The notes: a model not told the origin generated them from the letters alone. 64,000 nt of DNA from an uncultured Lentisphaeraceae bacterium (GCA_937892925.1 CALBHX010000116.1:35748-99747), one strand, 5' to 3'; positions 48,294-58,367 are shown, counted from the stretch's first letter. Program-made: numbers and translations.

Positions 48294-49580
48294 TTAACCC
48301 AGTTGCGCAATGGGGCAGACACCGCAGGTAACGGCATCGTTGTGGCAAAAGTCGGCATAAAGTTGAAGGAGTGCCTGCTGAAACAATCCATCTGTAGGTA
48401 AATCATGCAACGAGCCTGTCAGCCGATGCCAGACTTCCCGCATTGGCATGGAAATGGCTTCTCCGGGGAGATGGTTTAACGCGGAGGCCGACAGGCTGCC
48501 AGTCATTAAACGGTATGGGACAAATAGGTTTACAATAATGGCATTCGCCCGGCTTTTACCGATGAGGGCGGATCGCGAGCCGACATACTCCCGTAATAGA
48601 CCGGAGGCTTCGGTTAAGGCTTTGGATAGTTTATCCATTGGGAGCTCAAACAGATCTTCAATTTGATGCAGAATTCCGATTGCGCCTGCCAGTCTGCGCA
48701 ACGGGTGGTTTTGCGGCCGTAATCCGCGCAGCGTCCAAGAGAACGGTTCAACAGGTGGTGGTATGCCGATTTCCCACCAGAGATCCCACAACGTGCGATC
48801 TTGTTCGCGCAGCAACCCTGAAACGCCCGCTAGTGCGGCCAATCTTTGCAGGGATGTCAAGTGTGCAATACGGGAAAATGGAACTTCTCGGGCAAGCCGT
48901 TTAAACGTGCCGCTGTTTCCGCCATATCCCATGGCGGACAACAAGGCTTCATAGAAAGCTTGGAACGGATCGGCTCCGCACATGTTGGCGGCAAAGACTC
49001 GAGCCTTGGTTTGCAGGCGAAACCGGCCTGCTTCGGAGAGGAGTCGCTTTAACGCTTCAGGCTCACGGCGTAAGCACATGTTACAGGGGTAGTCGGTTCC
49101 GTCAGGTCGTGGTGCATAAATGGATTTCGGTGGGGTTGGGAAGATAAACGGTTGGTTGTCATGCTCTAATGCTGGGCGAAGCGCCAAGGCAGGCACGCCG
49201 CGAGGAAGCGTTTCCGCCTTGGGTTCTGTTTCCCATGTAACATGCAGAATAAGCCCACTATATGCCGCATCTCCAGAATGCCGATGCAGATCCCAATCGT
49301 GCGGGCATACATGGAGTTCTACATCTCCTCGGCGTACAAAACCGCCCAAGGAGATGAGCGCATCCTGAAAGTCTGGGCCGGCAGAGCGGTTCCAGCGTCC
49401 GGGTTCAAGAATTTCAACTGGCGTGCCGTCCGCAAGCGAAAAGACCTGTTTCCGAAGTCTGGAAGATTGCCAGAGCGTCTGTAACTGCATTTCTGTAGGG
49501 CGGCCAGACGTCGCCTCCATGCATACACGGCATCGCTGCTTCAGCAGGTATGAATAAAGGGTGTTCTCTGGAGTGGCCAT
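48294..49580 (-). CDS. hypothetical protein (DUF2851-like)
   Basis: 428 aa, no catalytic motif recognised. The family name is from recall of sequence character only. Confidence 0.35.
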   Translation of the reverse strand: MATPENTLYSYLLKQRCRVCMEATSGRPTEMQLQTLWQSSRLRKQVFSLADGTPVEILEPGRWNRSAGPDFQDALISLGGFVRRGDVELHVCPHDWDLHRHSGDAAYSGLILHVTWETEPKAETLPRGVPALALRPALEHDNQPFIFPTPPKSIYAPRPDGTDYPCNMCLRREPEALKRLLSEAGRFRLQTKARVFAANMCGADPFQAFYEALLSAMGYGGNSGTFKRLAREVPFSRIAHLTSLQRLAALAGVSGLLREQDRTLWDLWWEIGIPPPVEPFSWTLRGLRPQNHPLRRLAGAIGILHQIEDLFELPMDKLSKALTEASGLLREYVGSRSALIGKSRANAIIVNLFVPYRLMTGSLSASALNHLPGEAISMPMREVWHRLTGSLHDLPTDGLFQQALLQLYADFCHNDAVTCGVCPIAQLG

Positions 49581-49595
49581 GAAGGGGCACGCAGA

Positions 49596-50582
49596 TTAGA
49601 AGAACTTTCGCCTGGAAAAGAAGATTATGGTAACCATGACGAACGCCAGCGCCAGTCCTAACACGATCAAAAACCCAAGCGGCCCCCATGAACCTCCGGC
49701 TTCCGCACTTCCAAATGGCACCCACACATTCATGCCAAAGATAGAAGCAATGAGCGTAGGCACGGCTAGAACAATCGTCATAGAGGTCAGAAACTTCATG
49801 ACGTTGTTCAAATTGTTGCTGATAATTGAGGCGAAGGCATCAAGCGTCCCGGTCAAAATGTTGCTGTGAATGGAGGCCATTTCAAGAGCCTGCTGGTATT
49901 CAATACGAACATCTTCCAGAACATCCAGATCATCCTCGTCAATGTCCAGTTGGCGCGTTGTTCGGATTCTGCTTAGGAGAATGTCGTCAGCTTTCAGCGA
50001 CGTGGTGAAATAGACCAGCGACTTCTCGATGTTGAGTAATCGCATCAGCCCCTCATTGGAGATGGATTCGTGCAGGTCTTGCTCTACCATGTCGGCTCGC
50101 TGGCGAATATCGCGCAGATACCGCAAATAAAGAATAGCCGCATGCCACAAGAGATGAAACGTAAAACGAAACTTTTGTTCCGGCGGGCAGACCCGCCGGA
50201 TCTGATCCAAGAAAGACGCCGCGATGGGTGTGGCACGGTTGCAAACGGTGATAACGGCGTTAGATGTGTGAACCACGCCTAGGGGTAGGGTGTTGAAGGG
50301 GTGGAGGTTCTCGTTGGGTTCATGATAAGGCACATGCACCACGATCAGCACCGTCCCGTCATCATCCACATCCAAACGCGGGCGTTCATCGCGGTCGAGC
50401 GGATCAGAAATAAACTCTCGGGAAACGCCGGTTAGCGTCTGAACCCGAAGGATTTCTTCTGTGGTTGGATCCGCCATGTTGATCCAGCAGGGACCATCGG
50501 GGGTTACCACCTCGCGTAAACTGCCATTGACCCACTGATAAATGGATAACATATCAGTGCCCTCCACCGGAAGCTGCGTCAA
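49596..50582 (-). CDS. corA: CorA family magnesium/cobalt transporter
   Basis: GMN motif in FGMNVWVPF and two C-terminal TM helices. Confidence 0.85.
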   Translation of the reverse strand: MTQLPVEGTDMLSIYQWVNGSLREVVTPDGPCWINMADPTTEEILRVQTLTGVSREFISDPLDRDERPRLDVDDDGTVLIVVHVPYHEPNENLHPFNTLPLGVVHTSNAVITVCNRATPIAASFLDQIRRVCPPEQKFRFTFHLLWHAAILYLRYLRDIRQRADMVEQDLHESISNEGLMRLLNIEKSLVYFTTSLKADDILLSRIRTTRQLDIDEDDLDVLEDVRIEYQQALEMASIHSNILTGTLDAFASIISNNLNNVMKFLTSMTIVLAVPTLIASIFGMNVWVPFGSAEAGGSWGPLGFLIVLGLALAFVMVTIIFFSRRKFF

Positions 50583-51348
50583 TCAACGCCTGTTCATAAT
50601 CTTTTGGTTTTCGTCGATGCATGAAGGTATATCCCTTCAGCATCCAGAGCTTGCGAAGCTTCAAATGCTTGAGAAAGAGTCGGTCTCGGCTCTTTGGAAA
50701 CCCTCCGGATATGCAGGGGACGCCCTGCCCGGGCATAAAGTAAAAATGATAGTAGTGCTTGTAAACGGAAGACAAATCTGCCAGACACAGGATCTTCCAA
50801 GCCCAGCGCGGAACCCACCACTGGCGTCTAATCCCGGATTGGAAATCCAGCAGCACAGGAACTCTTCCTGGTGTAACAATCAAATTCTTGGCATTGCGCA
50901 AATCCAGGTGAACAATTCCGCGCCTGTGCATGGCGCATACCGTTCGCTCCAACGCCCTAAAATATGTTACGGGTATCGCAATCTCCTTCGTCGGATGCTC
51001 TACTCCGCGCATCCGTTCCCGCCATGCCTGCAAATTGTTCTGGTTGATCTCGCCCAGCGTCCATCCTTTAACGAACGGCATGGCAAATGCATAGGCATCA
51101 ATTCGGAATACTCGGCTTGGTACGCCCGGCAGCTCCTCCAGCATTCGCATGAGCCGAAACTCATGGCCAATCATCCACCGTCCCCACGTCCATCGCACCC
51201 ACCACGGGCTTTTGCGGAAATCTTTCACAACAAACGTCCCCGTCGCCGTTTCAAGACGGTAAACGCGGGCATTCCCCACCCGCCCCTTATTCAGGCAATG
51301 CGCGGCTCCCCGCTCCCAGTCTGCACGTGTGATAGGGCAACAAGTCAA
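50554..51348 (-). CDS. lipopolysaccharide/Kdo kinase-like (InaA/KdkA/RIO-type) protein kinase fold
   Basis: The catalytic-loop-like IVHLDLRNAKNLIV motif and a downstream LLDFQS (DFG-like) block. Confidence 0.5.
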   Translation of the reverse strand: MTCCPITRADWERGAAHCLNKGRVGNARVYRLETATGTFVVKDFRKSPWWVRWTWGRWMIGHEFRLMRMLEELPGVPSRVFRIDAYAFAMPFVKGWTLGEINQNNLQAWRERMRGVEHPTKEIAIPVTYFRALERTVCAMHRRGIVHLDLRNAKNLIVTPGRVPVLLDFQSGIRRQWWVPRWAWKILCLADLSSVYKHYYHFYFMPGQGVPCISGGFPKSRDRLFLKHLKLRKLWMLKGYTFMHRRKPKDYEQALIDAASGGGH

Positions 51349-51539
51349 TGGCTGTGAACTCCTCTTTACTCCCGCTATCGTACCACAAGCCCAGACGGCT
51401 TCGCAAACACCGCCAGTTCACTTGGACGTGGAACAGGCGCTGAGGTTCCGATGTCCGCGAACCCCCGAAGAGAGAACACGGTGCCTGTTTTTAACAAAAA
51501 GCCGCATCGTGCGGCGAGACAGAAGAAAGCGTGGTAGCG

Positions 51540-51870
51540 AATAGGGAGGTTTTCGGCGTTGTACAGAACTGACCCAATACTCGTTCTGTCTTAATAAGCG
51601 TCAGATTTCCATCATGGTCGTATTGGGGCGCGAAGTCGTCGATGGCGGGGTAGGTTTTGCTCTAGGCGGTGGTATGGTTGCCGGTGTCGGTGTAAACGTA
51701 AGAAACCTCATTGGCGGAAATGAGTTTCTCGCGGACGTTGTAGCCGTAGCACTCATTATTTTTCGAGATGCGGCGGCCAAGGAGGGCGTTGGTGTAGGAA
51801 TAGGAGCTATGAGCCATTGGCGTGCGCATTCGTGACGGTCGTCTGTCAGTCTCGGTTGGCTTCATAGTTC
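51540..51870 (-). pseudogene. remnant of an RHS/YD-repeat protein gene (frameshifted fragments)
   Basis: Minus-strand translations contain YD-repeat-like units in two frames: YGYNVREKLIS...YVYTDTGNHT and FAPQYDHDGNLTLI. No intact ORF. AT-rich. The region abuts tRNA genes. Confidence 0.3.
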
Positions 51871-52343
51871 CAAGAGGCTGCCGCTCCGTTTGGATAGAGC
51901 AGTTTCGACTTCAGAGCGAAACTCGGCTGCCAATCTCGTCTAAAACCGTCTGGTTTGGCGATACGCCCCGTGACAGAAACATACTCACCGACTATTTACG
52001 CTCCCCATCCGCGGAATGACCCGCCGTCCGACCGATGGCGTCGGAGTGGTACATGAGGGCCTTAGAGGAAAGCCTGGTTCTCTGTCTGTTGAGATAATGC
52101 AGCACATTTCCCCTGATAAAAAGACTTCCGGCGGTTGACAGGGGTTTTGACGTTTGTGTCGCGGATAAACAGGTGGTGGTAGCCGTGTATTCTTCGTTTA
52201 ATCCGTTAAAAGTACACGTTTTGATCCATCCTCGTGTTACCTGCACGGTATCGTGGTTTCCTAGCAGTGTGCTTCACAATAAAAAAACGCCTCGGTGAGA
52301 ACCAATGCGTAAGCGTAAGAATAAAAGAGTAGGAAAGGCGGGA

Positions 52344-52420
52344 TGGTCGGACCGTCGGGATTTGAACCCGAGACCTTTTGCACCCCAAGCAAACGCGCTA
52401 CCAGGCTGCGCTACGGTCCG
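52344..52420 (-). tRNA. tRNA-Pro (anticodon GGG)
   Basis: Reverse complement folds as a canonical 77-nt cloverleaf: CGGACCG acceptor stem, GTTCAAATC T-loop, anticodon loop TTGGGGT, encoded CCA. Confidence 0.85.
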
Positions 52421-52422
52421 TT

Positions 52423-52499
52423 TGGTGGGAGATACTGGACTCGAACCAGTGACCTTCTGCATGTCAAGCAGACGCTCTAACCAACTGAGCTAATCCCCC
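52423..52499 (-). tRNA. tRNA-Val (anticodon GAC)
   Basis: Reverse complement GGGGGATTAGCTCAGTTGGTTAGAGCG...GGTTCGAGTCC...CCCACCA with anticodon loop TTGACAT. 2-nt spacer to tRNA-Pro. Confidence 0.85.
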
Positions 52500-52685
52500 A
52501 AGGGATGAAACGGGGGCTATTATACATGTTTTACAGTTATACTGTCAATGTTTTTTTACTGGAGGTGGAAGTTTTTGTTCGCGTATGGCGTTTTTCAAGG
52601 TGATTGAATACGCCGACAAAACGACACGTACTGGGAGAATATCGTGTGCGCGGTTATACGTGTGATGCGGTTCTGAGAGGTTGGC

Positions 52686-54245
52686 TTATTGGCCGCAGGA
52701 GACCACATGTTTCCCCGGAGCAAACGGAAACGTCCGGTTTCGGTAAATCAATGTGATTGGACGCGAAGTTTCAACGCGCAGGGTGGAATCGTTACTCCAG
52801 AGGGATACAGTGGTGTCGCCAAACGTAAGGTGTTCAATACCCATGGGAAACTGTATTTTGTGATCAACATCCTCTGGCTCCGGCGGCTGCCACGTGATGG
52901 TGTGTGTGACGGCATCAAACGAGCGGAACCCGAGAATGTTCTCCAAAAACAGGTTGACGGGGCCCAATGCTGACCAGCCGCAAAATCCGGAACGTACTCT
53001 GCGGCCATGTTCTGTACTGGGCAGGTTTGCTTCCGGGGCGTAACACTCCCAGATGGTTGCAGGGGAAACGGTTTTGTATGTTTCAGACATCTGGCGAAGC
53101 AACCGCATGGCGGCACGGTCGGCCAATCTGCGGGCACCGGTTCGTTCCAGTCCCTGGAGGGTCATATAGGCGGTGGGAAGCCAGATGCCTCCGCGCCAAT
53201 AGTTTCCGGTGGCAGCATCATAATCCGGATCGCTGCGTGCAACGGTTGGAAAAGGGAACTTACCGAAAAACTCCTGATCCTTGGCAAAGCAGGCAATCAT
53301 CCGTTCTGCACGGTCTGGGGGCACAACGCCAGCAAGCAGGGGCCAGAACGAGGCAATCGTCTTAACGCGGCAGGGCTGCCCGTCTTTGAACGCAATGTCA
53401 TAATAGAATCCGTCTCGTTCATCCCAATAAAAGGTGTTGATTTCCTTGGCGAGCGCATCGAATCGTGCTTGCCACGTTTGAGCCTCCTGTTCATGCCCCA
53501 AAGCTCGGTAAAGCTCGGCAATACACCGGGCGTTGAGGGCCTGTTGTGAGATTGCATCAATCCAGAGAATCCCGCGATATCCGCCGCATCCACGCCCGCG
53601 CGGTGTGTTGTCCATGCCGCTCTGTGCTCCGCGCCAGAGAAATCCCTTGGCGCCGTTGCCGGCGGTTACGGCCTGGAGCTCAATTCTGTTTGGGGAAGAA
53701 GCCGGCCGGGTTCCGGTTGGCGGGTTGGCAAACCACTCAAAATGTTTTTGCAGCAGATTACGCTTCAGCAGAATATCTTCCAGTCGGGCACGGTTCCCAT
53801 GAAAGCGCCAATACAGCAGCTCGCACCACGCGAATAACGGAGGGTTGTCATAGATGTGAATGCGCAAAGGGGAGGGTTTGCCCTCCACCACAGGAGCGTA
53901 GAGTGCTTCCAACGTCTCAATTCCGGGGTAATCGGCCGCCGCATATTTGGTAAATTGCGCCATGAAGCAGGAATCCCAGATCCAGATCTGGTCATCGTAA
54001 ACATTCTCATCCATGTAGCGCTTGACGGGGGCGCCCTTCGGCGCATCCAGAATTCGCGCTTTGGCTTCCTGCCACGCTTCGTTATAGAGGGCTACAAGAT
54101 CGGCCTCCGGATAAATGACCGTAGGGGGTGCTGCATGGCTCATACGGGAAGTGAAGGCTGCCCCTAGAAGGCAAAAATAAACAACCTGCCAGAATCGGCC
54201 GAACGTCTTAGTGCGATCCGGCGAGAGGGGCCAACGCGTAACCAT
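52686..54245 (-). CDS. (alpha/alpha)6-barrel glycoside hydrolase, GH63/GH37-like, with signal peptide
   Basis: Long conserved body with Trp/Tyr/Asp-rich blocks (YDDQIWIWDSCF, GGIWLPTAY). Start placed at ATG 54245 (MVTRWPLS...signal-like) because the ORF-track 5' extension would overlap pdxB. Confidence 0.5.
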   Translation of the reverse strand: MVTRWPLSPDRTKTFGRFWQVVYFCLLGAAFTSRMSHAAPPTVIYPEADLVALYNEAWQEAKARILDAPKGAPVKRYMDENVYDDQIWIWDSCFMAQFTKYAAADYPGIETLEALYAPVVEGKPSPLRIHIYDNPPLFAWCELLYWRFHGNRARLEDILLKRNLLQKHFEWFANPPTGTRPASSPNRIELQAVTAGNGAKGFLWRGAQSGMDNTPRGRGCGGYRGILWIDAISQQALNARCIAELYRALGHEQEAQTWQARFDALAKEINTFYWDERDGFYYDIAFKDGQPCRVKTIASFWPLLAGVVPPDRAERMIACFAKDQEFFGKFPFPTVARSDPDYDAATGNYWRGGIWLPTAYMTLQGLERTGARRLADRAAMRLLRQMSETYKTVSPATIWECYAPEANLPSTEHGRRVRSGFCGWSALGPVNLFLENILGFRSFDAVTHTITWQPPEPEDVDHKIQFPMGIEHLTFGDTTVSLWSNDSTLRVETSRPITLIYRNRTFPFAPGKHVVSCGQ

Positions 54246-54369
54246 ATAACGCCTCCGATGGATGGGATGAAAGAACGAAAAGCAGTCTATCAGAGGAGCC
54301 TCAACTGTACGAACCCCAAGAGGCATTTCATGCCGGGTGCGCTTTCTTGAATACAGGGGTTGCCAATAA

Positions 54370-55521
54370 TTAGGCCAGCTCAAGGGTAAATCCCAACGCG
54401 GCAATTTTTTCTGCCAACCGCTGCGAACCCCGCCGCAATACCAGCGTGGTGGAGTTGAACTGCCGGCGATAGGTATATGCCCGCCGCAAGGCCAGAAAAC
54501 GGCGCACCCTTGCCGCCTGCGGCAGGCCAATCAGCTCCTGAAAGTTCAGATGATCAGCCACAATCATGGAGAGTTTTTGCGTAATGAACCACAAGACTTC
54601 CTCTTCCGGCTTGCCGGCAGCATCCACCTCTATTCGCGGCACAATCGGAGGGGGAAGGGTTGGTCGCATGGCAGGGCGAAGACCTAGAAACGCGCACGCC
54701 GCCCGGTAAATAGCAAGTGTTCCATTGATTTTTCCTTCATAGGCGCTTCCGGCCAGATGCGGCGTGGAGAGAAAGGCCAGTGCCGCCAATTCCGGCGAGA
54801 AGTTCGGTTCACCTTCCCACACATCGAAAATTCCATCGCGCAGGCGTCCTTCCTGCAAGGCTTCAATCACGGCCGTTGTGTCGCAGATCGCCCCCCGCGA
54901 CATATTGATGAGCACAGCTCCATGACGAATGCCTGCCAGCGTTTCGCGGTTCAGCAAGTGCCAGGTGGGATGCGCCCCGCCTCGAGTCAGCGGCACGAAC
55001 GGAATAATATAGTCTGCTTCGCGCAAGGCCTCGGCAAGCGGAACGAAACGCTGCGCCTCCACATCTCTCGAGTGTGCCTGCCGCGGCGGGTCGCACCACA
55101 AGACCCGCATCCCCAGCGCTGCGCAGCGCCGCCCAACCAGCGAACCGATCCAGCCCGCTCCCAAAATCGCCGCCGTCGCGCCTTCCAGTTTTCTGTGGCG
55201 CATGTGCGCATACTCCAGCAGTGCCGCCAAGCAGTACTCCGCCACACTTTCACTGTTTGCGCCGGGAGCGTTCACCCATGTGATGCCCGCCTGTTCCAGC
55301 CAATCTGCATCCACATGATCTGTTCCCGAGACCGCCGACCCGATAAACCGCACAGGCGACCCTTCAAGCAGCCGTGCATTTAGCGGCGTATTTCGCACCA
55401 TGAGCATGTCTGCATCGCGCAAATCCCTGGCAGAGAGCCGGGTGCCGTCAATCAGCATCACCTCCCCGAGCGTGCTGAATAAGGTGCGCCCCAAGGGTAA
55501 ATTGGTATCACATAAAATCTT
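54370..55521 (-). CDS. pdxB: erythronate-4-phosphate dehydrogenase
   Basis: MKILCDTNLP...LGEV......ADMLMVRN......GSAVSGTDHVD N-terminus closely follows the PdxB pattern. D-2-hydroxyacid dehydrogenase fold. Confidence 0.85.
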   Translation of the reverse strand, partial: KILCDTNLPLGRTLFSTLGEVMLIDGTRLSARDLRDADMLMVRNTPLNARLLEGSPVRFIGSAVSGTDHVDADWLEQAGITWVNAPGANSESVAEYCLAALLEYAHMRHRKLEGATAAILGAGWIGSLVGRRCAALGMRVLWCDPPRQAHSRDVEAQRFVPLAEALREADYIIPFVPLTRGGAHPTWHLLNRETLAGIRHGAVLINMSRGAICDTTAVIEALQEGRLRDGIFDVWEGEPNFSPELAALAFLSTPHLAGSAYEGKINGTLAIYRAACAFLGLRPAMRPTLPPPIVPRIEVDAAGKPEEEVLWFITQKLSMIVADHLNFQELIGLPQAARVRRFLALRRAYTYRRQFNSTTLVLRRGSQRLAEKIAALGFTLELA

Positions 55522-55682
55522 CATTTCTGACAACATCCTTCCCATACCTCGATCACTCAGTGGTTATCTTACCTGTTTTTCGTGGGTTGCGCAAGTCTGA
55601 AAGATGGTTCTTACTCCGTGTGCATCGGAGTGAAGGGGCAAAAGGCAATGGAACGACTTGATGGAATGAGTATAGAATGCAT

Positions 55683-55691
55683 GGGGGGGGG
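55683..55691 (+). repeat. homopolymeric G9 tract in promoter region
   Basis: ATGGGGGGGGGTAG lies 6 nt upstream of a TTGACA -35-like hexamer and about 85 nt upstream of the start codon at 55775. Confidence 0.7.
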
Positions 55692-55697
55692 TAGTAT

Positions 55698-55727
55698 TTG
55701 ACAAAAGGGAATGCGGGAGAGTAAACT
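55698..55727 (+). promoter_or_regulatory. sigma70-like promoter candidate (TTGACA-N17/18-TAAACT) for the secreted CxxCxGxG protein
   Basis: Hexamers read from the sequence; the spacing is compatible with sigma70. Not validated. Confidence 0.3.
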
Positions 55728-55774
55728 ATTTTGCATTACGGATGTTTTGTTTCGTGTGAAAGGATTCGTGTGAG

Positions 55775-56602
55775 ATGAAGTATGGAAGGATCATGTTTGC
55801 AGGCGCCGCACTTCTTTTTTGGGGAACGGCTGTACAGGCGCAGGAAGGAAGCTGGTATTCTTATGGAGGCAGTTGGCCGCGTGGATTCGAGGCGCCGCGT
55901 ATACTGAAGGGGATTTCCTGGAGACAATTTCAACAGATTTTTCCGGAACAGATTGCCCCGCAGTATGTGGTGAAGGATGGCAAAACGTGGATCCAGATCC
56001 GACGATGGGCTTTGGATGGAAGACTTCTTACGTTGCCTGAGTTCTCGAAGATGCCGCGCCAGTATGTATGCGAGATCCATGCGGTGTTGAAGGACGGGCG
56101 TGTATGGGCGCGGATCCTGCGCGAGGGTAAAGATGCGGCAGAGATGGCGGTTCTTTGTTGGGGCGGCGAACAGGCACCGGAAGCTGGAGAACAAAAGACA
56201 TGCTGGCTTTCGTATAAAGGGCGTAACATAAGCGAGTGGGTAACGGTGGATGGGCGGCAATATCTTGAGCCTAAGGTGTTTCAAGTGGTTACAGAAGAAG
56301 AGGCGGGGCGGTACAAGACGCCGACGATTCGGGAGGCGGCAGCAGCTATGAAGGCGGGGCAAGCATTTATGGTTAAGCTTAAAACGTATAAGAGTCCATG
56401 CCCGGCGTGTCGGGGGAGCGGTATTGATGAGGCTCAGGTGCAAGCCATAGAGTCAGCCGCAAGAAATTCACTCGGATTTACTTTGAGCGAAGAATCTCCG
56501 CAGTTTAAGAAATTGAAGTTGAATATGAAAAAGCCCAAATGTCAAGCATGTGGGGGTTCAGGGAAACGATCTTTAGAAGAGTTTCGCAAGTTGATGTTCT
56601 GA
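55775..56602 (+). CDS. secreted hypothetical protein with two DnaJ-type CxxCxGxG zinc-finger motifs
   Basis: Signal peptide (FAGAALLFWGTAVQAQE). C-terminal CPACRGSG and CQACGGSG motifs 47 aa apart. No other family recognised. Confidence 0.5.
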   Translation: MKYGRIMFAGAALLFWGTAVQAQEGSWYSYGGSWPRGFEAPRILKGISWRQFQQIFPEQIAPQYVVKDGKTWIQIRRWALDGRLLTLPEFSKMPRQYVCEIHAVLKDGRVWARILREGKDAAEMAVLCWGGEQAPEAGEQKTCWLSYKGRNISEWVTVDGRQYLEPKVFQVVTEEEAGRYKTPTIREAAAAMKAGQAFMVKLKTYKSPCPACRGSGIDEAQVQAIESAARNSLGFTLSEESPQFKKLKLNMKKPKCQACGGSGKRSLEEFRKLMF

Positions 56603-56848
56603 TAAAGAGTAGAAGTGTAAGAATCTCTGTCTGGATGTTTCGTTTTTGATAACGGGTGGCGTCAGAACGGCAATCAGGTGGGGCTCCTTGACCTTACCTT
56701 AAACGCTTTAAACGCTCCCGAGGATGTCGTTGGACTCGGGGTGCGTTCATTTTTTTTGGAGGGGGGACACCGGTTATAGGTGAAACAGCAGGTGAGCCGG
56801 AGTGTGGGGTAACAGGGAACAATAGACGAATGTGTGAACAAGAAGGCA

Positions 56849-56876
56849 TTGACTTTTTTGAAGAAGGGCGTAGACT
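56849..56876 (+). promoter_or_regulatory. sigma70-like promoter candidate (TTGACT-N16-TAGACT) upstream of cstA-like gene
   Basis: Hexamers read from the sequence, 35 nt upstream of the ATG at 56910. Confidence 0.25.
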
Positions 56877-56909
56877 ACTTGTTTCCTGTTTCCACGAGGA
56901 GAGAAGAAC

Positions 56910-58367
56910 ATGTTCTGGTTTTTTGGCGGTATTTTGGCGTTGATTGTGGGCTATTTCACCTATGGGCGGCTGATTGAGCGGCTGTTGCGCCCGGATGATC
57001 GGCCAACGCCGGCCTATGCATTGGGTGATGGGGTGGACTATGTGCCGCTGCCGATGTGGAAGAATATGCTGATTCAGCTGCTGAATATTGCCGGAGTAGG
57101 GCCCGTGATCGGAGTGATCATCGGCATCAAGTTTGGTGTGAAGTGCTTCTGGATCATTCCGCTGGGCTGTATTTTCGGCGGGGCGGTGCATGATTGTGTG
57201 GCGGGGTTCATGAGTCTGCGGGCACGCGGAGGAAATTTGCCGGCGCTGACCCGATGGTCGTTGGGGCGTTGGTATGCGCAGGCGTATTCGGTGTTTGTAA
57301 TGGTGCTGTTGCTGCTAGTGGTGGCGGTGTTTGTGAACGTGCCGGCGCATTTGGTGGAGGGGTTGATGCCGCAGACGGCGTCGCTTGGCGTTTTTTGGGC
57401 GGCGGCGGCCGTGATTTTCCTCTACTACATTGTGGCTACGCTGTTCCCGGTGGATAAAATTATTGGGCGGATTTACCCCTTTTTTGGCGCGTTGCTGTTG
57501 ATCGGCTCGCTGGCGATGTTGGGGGCGCTGAGCTGCGAGGTGGTGGCGAATCCCGCGCTGTTATCTGAAACGGAGGCGTTTCGGGCGGGGATGTTTCATG
57601 ACCAGCCGGTCATTCCCTGCTTGTTTGTAACCATTGCCTGCGGTATTATCTCAGGCTTTCATGCGACACAGTCTCCAATTGTGGCGCGTACCATGCAGAC
57701 GGAGCGCCAAGCGCGGGCAACCTACTATGGCATGATGATTGTGGAAGGCGTGATTGCCATGATCTGGGCCGGTGTGGGCATGGCGGTGTATAATCTCTTC
57801 CCGGAGCTGATGGCGAAGCCGGCAACGGCGGCGTTGGTGACCGGAACGCGCCATTTTCTGGGTTCATGGATGGGCGGTGTGACGGTGGTCAGTGTGATCG
57901 TGCTGGCGATTACCTCTGGGGATACGGCTTTGAGGAGCCTGCGGTTGACGCTTGCTGAGACGCTCCGGGTGGGGCAGGGGGCGTTTTATGCCCGGCTGAT
58001 GTTGTGCCTGCCGTTGATTGCGGCGGTGGTGGGGTTGCTGTGGTGGAGCACGCAGCGGGCGGAAACCTTTGAGTGGCTGTGGAAGTATTTTGCCTGGGGG
58101 AATCAGGTGCTTTCGGCTTCTACGCTGATGGTGTGCACGGTCTGGATGATGCGCCGGGGTGTGGCGCCGTGGTTCACCTTGCTGCCGGGTATGTTCATGA
58201 CGTTTGTGGTGAGTTCGTTTATTCTGTGGTCAGACCCCTCACATGCGGGGTGTCCTTATGGACTGAATCTGCCCATTCGCACGGCGTACGCCATTGCCGG
58301 TGTGTTCACGTTTCTGTGCGCGGCGATGGTTATCCGTCTGGGCGGAGAGAAAACGGAGACGGTGTAA
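56910..58367 (+). CDS. CstA-family (carbon starvation protein A-like) transporter, short form
   Basis: N-terminal block IAGVGPVIG and polytopic topology resemble CstA. At 485 aa it is shorter than E. coli CstA. Confidence 0.6.
   Translation: MFWFFGGILALIVGYFTYGRLIERLLRPDDRPTPAYALGDGVDYVPLPMWKNMLIQLLNIAGVGPVIGVIIGIKFGVKCFWIIPLGCIFGGAVHDCVAGFMSLRARGGNLPALTRWSLGRWYAQAYSVFVMVLLLLVVAVFVNVPAHLVEGLMPQTASLGVFWAAAAVIFLYYIVATLFPVDKIIGRIYPFFGALLLIGSLAMLGALSCEVVANPALLSETEAFRAGMFHDQPVIPCLFVTIACGIISGFHATQSPIVARTMQTERQARATYYGMMIVEGVIAMIWAGVGMAVYNLFPELMAKPATAALVTGTRHFLGSWMGGVTVVSVIVLAITSGDTALRSLRLTLAETLRVGQGAFYARLMLCLPLIAAVVGLLWWSTQRAETFEWLWKYFAWGNQVLSASTLMVCTVWMMRRGVAPWFTLLPGMFMTFVVSSFILWSDPSHAGCPYGLNLPIRTAYAIAGVFTFLCAAMVIRLGGEKTETV

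Noticed and set aside
54246-54530. N-terminal 95-aa extension of the GH63-like gene
   Set aside because: It would overlap pdxB by 160 nt. A downstream ATG gives a signal-peptide-like start.
56700-56760. Possible terminator after the secreted CxxCxGxG gene (CCCGAG...CTCGGG hairpin then T8)
   Set aside because: The T-run is about 10 nt from the stem and the loop is long (12 nt). It is plausible but weak, so it is left uncalled.
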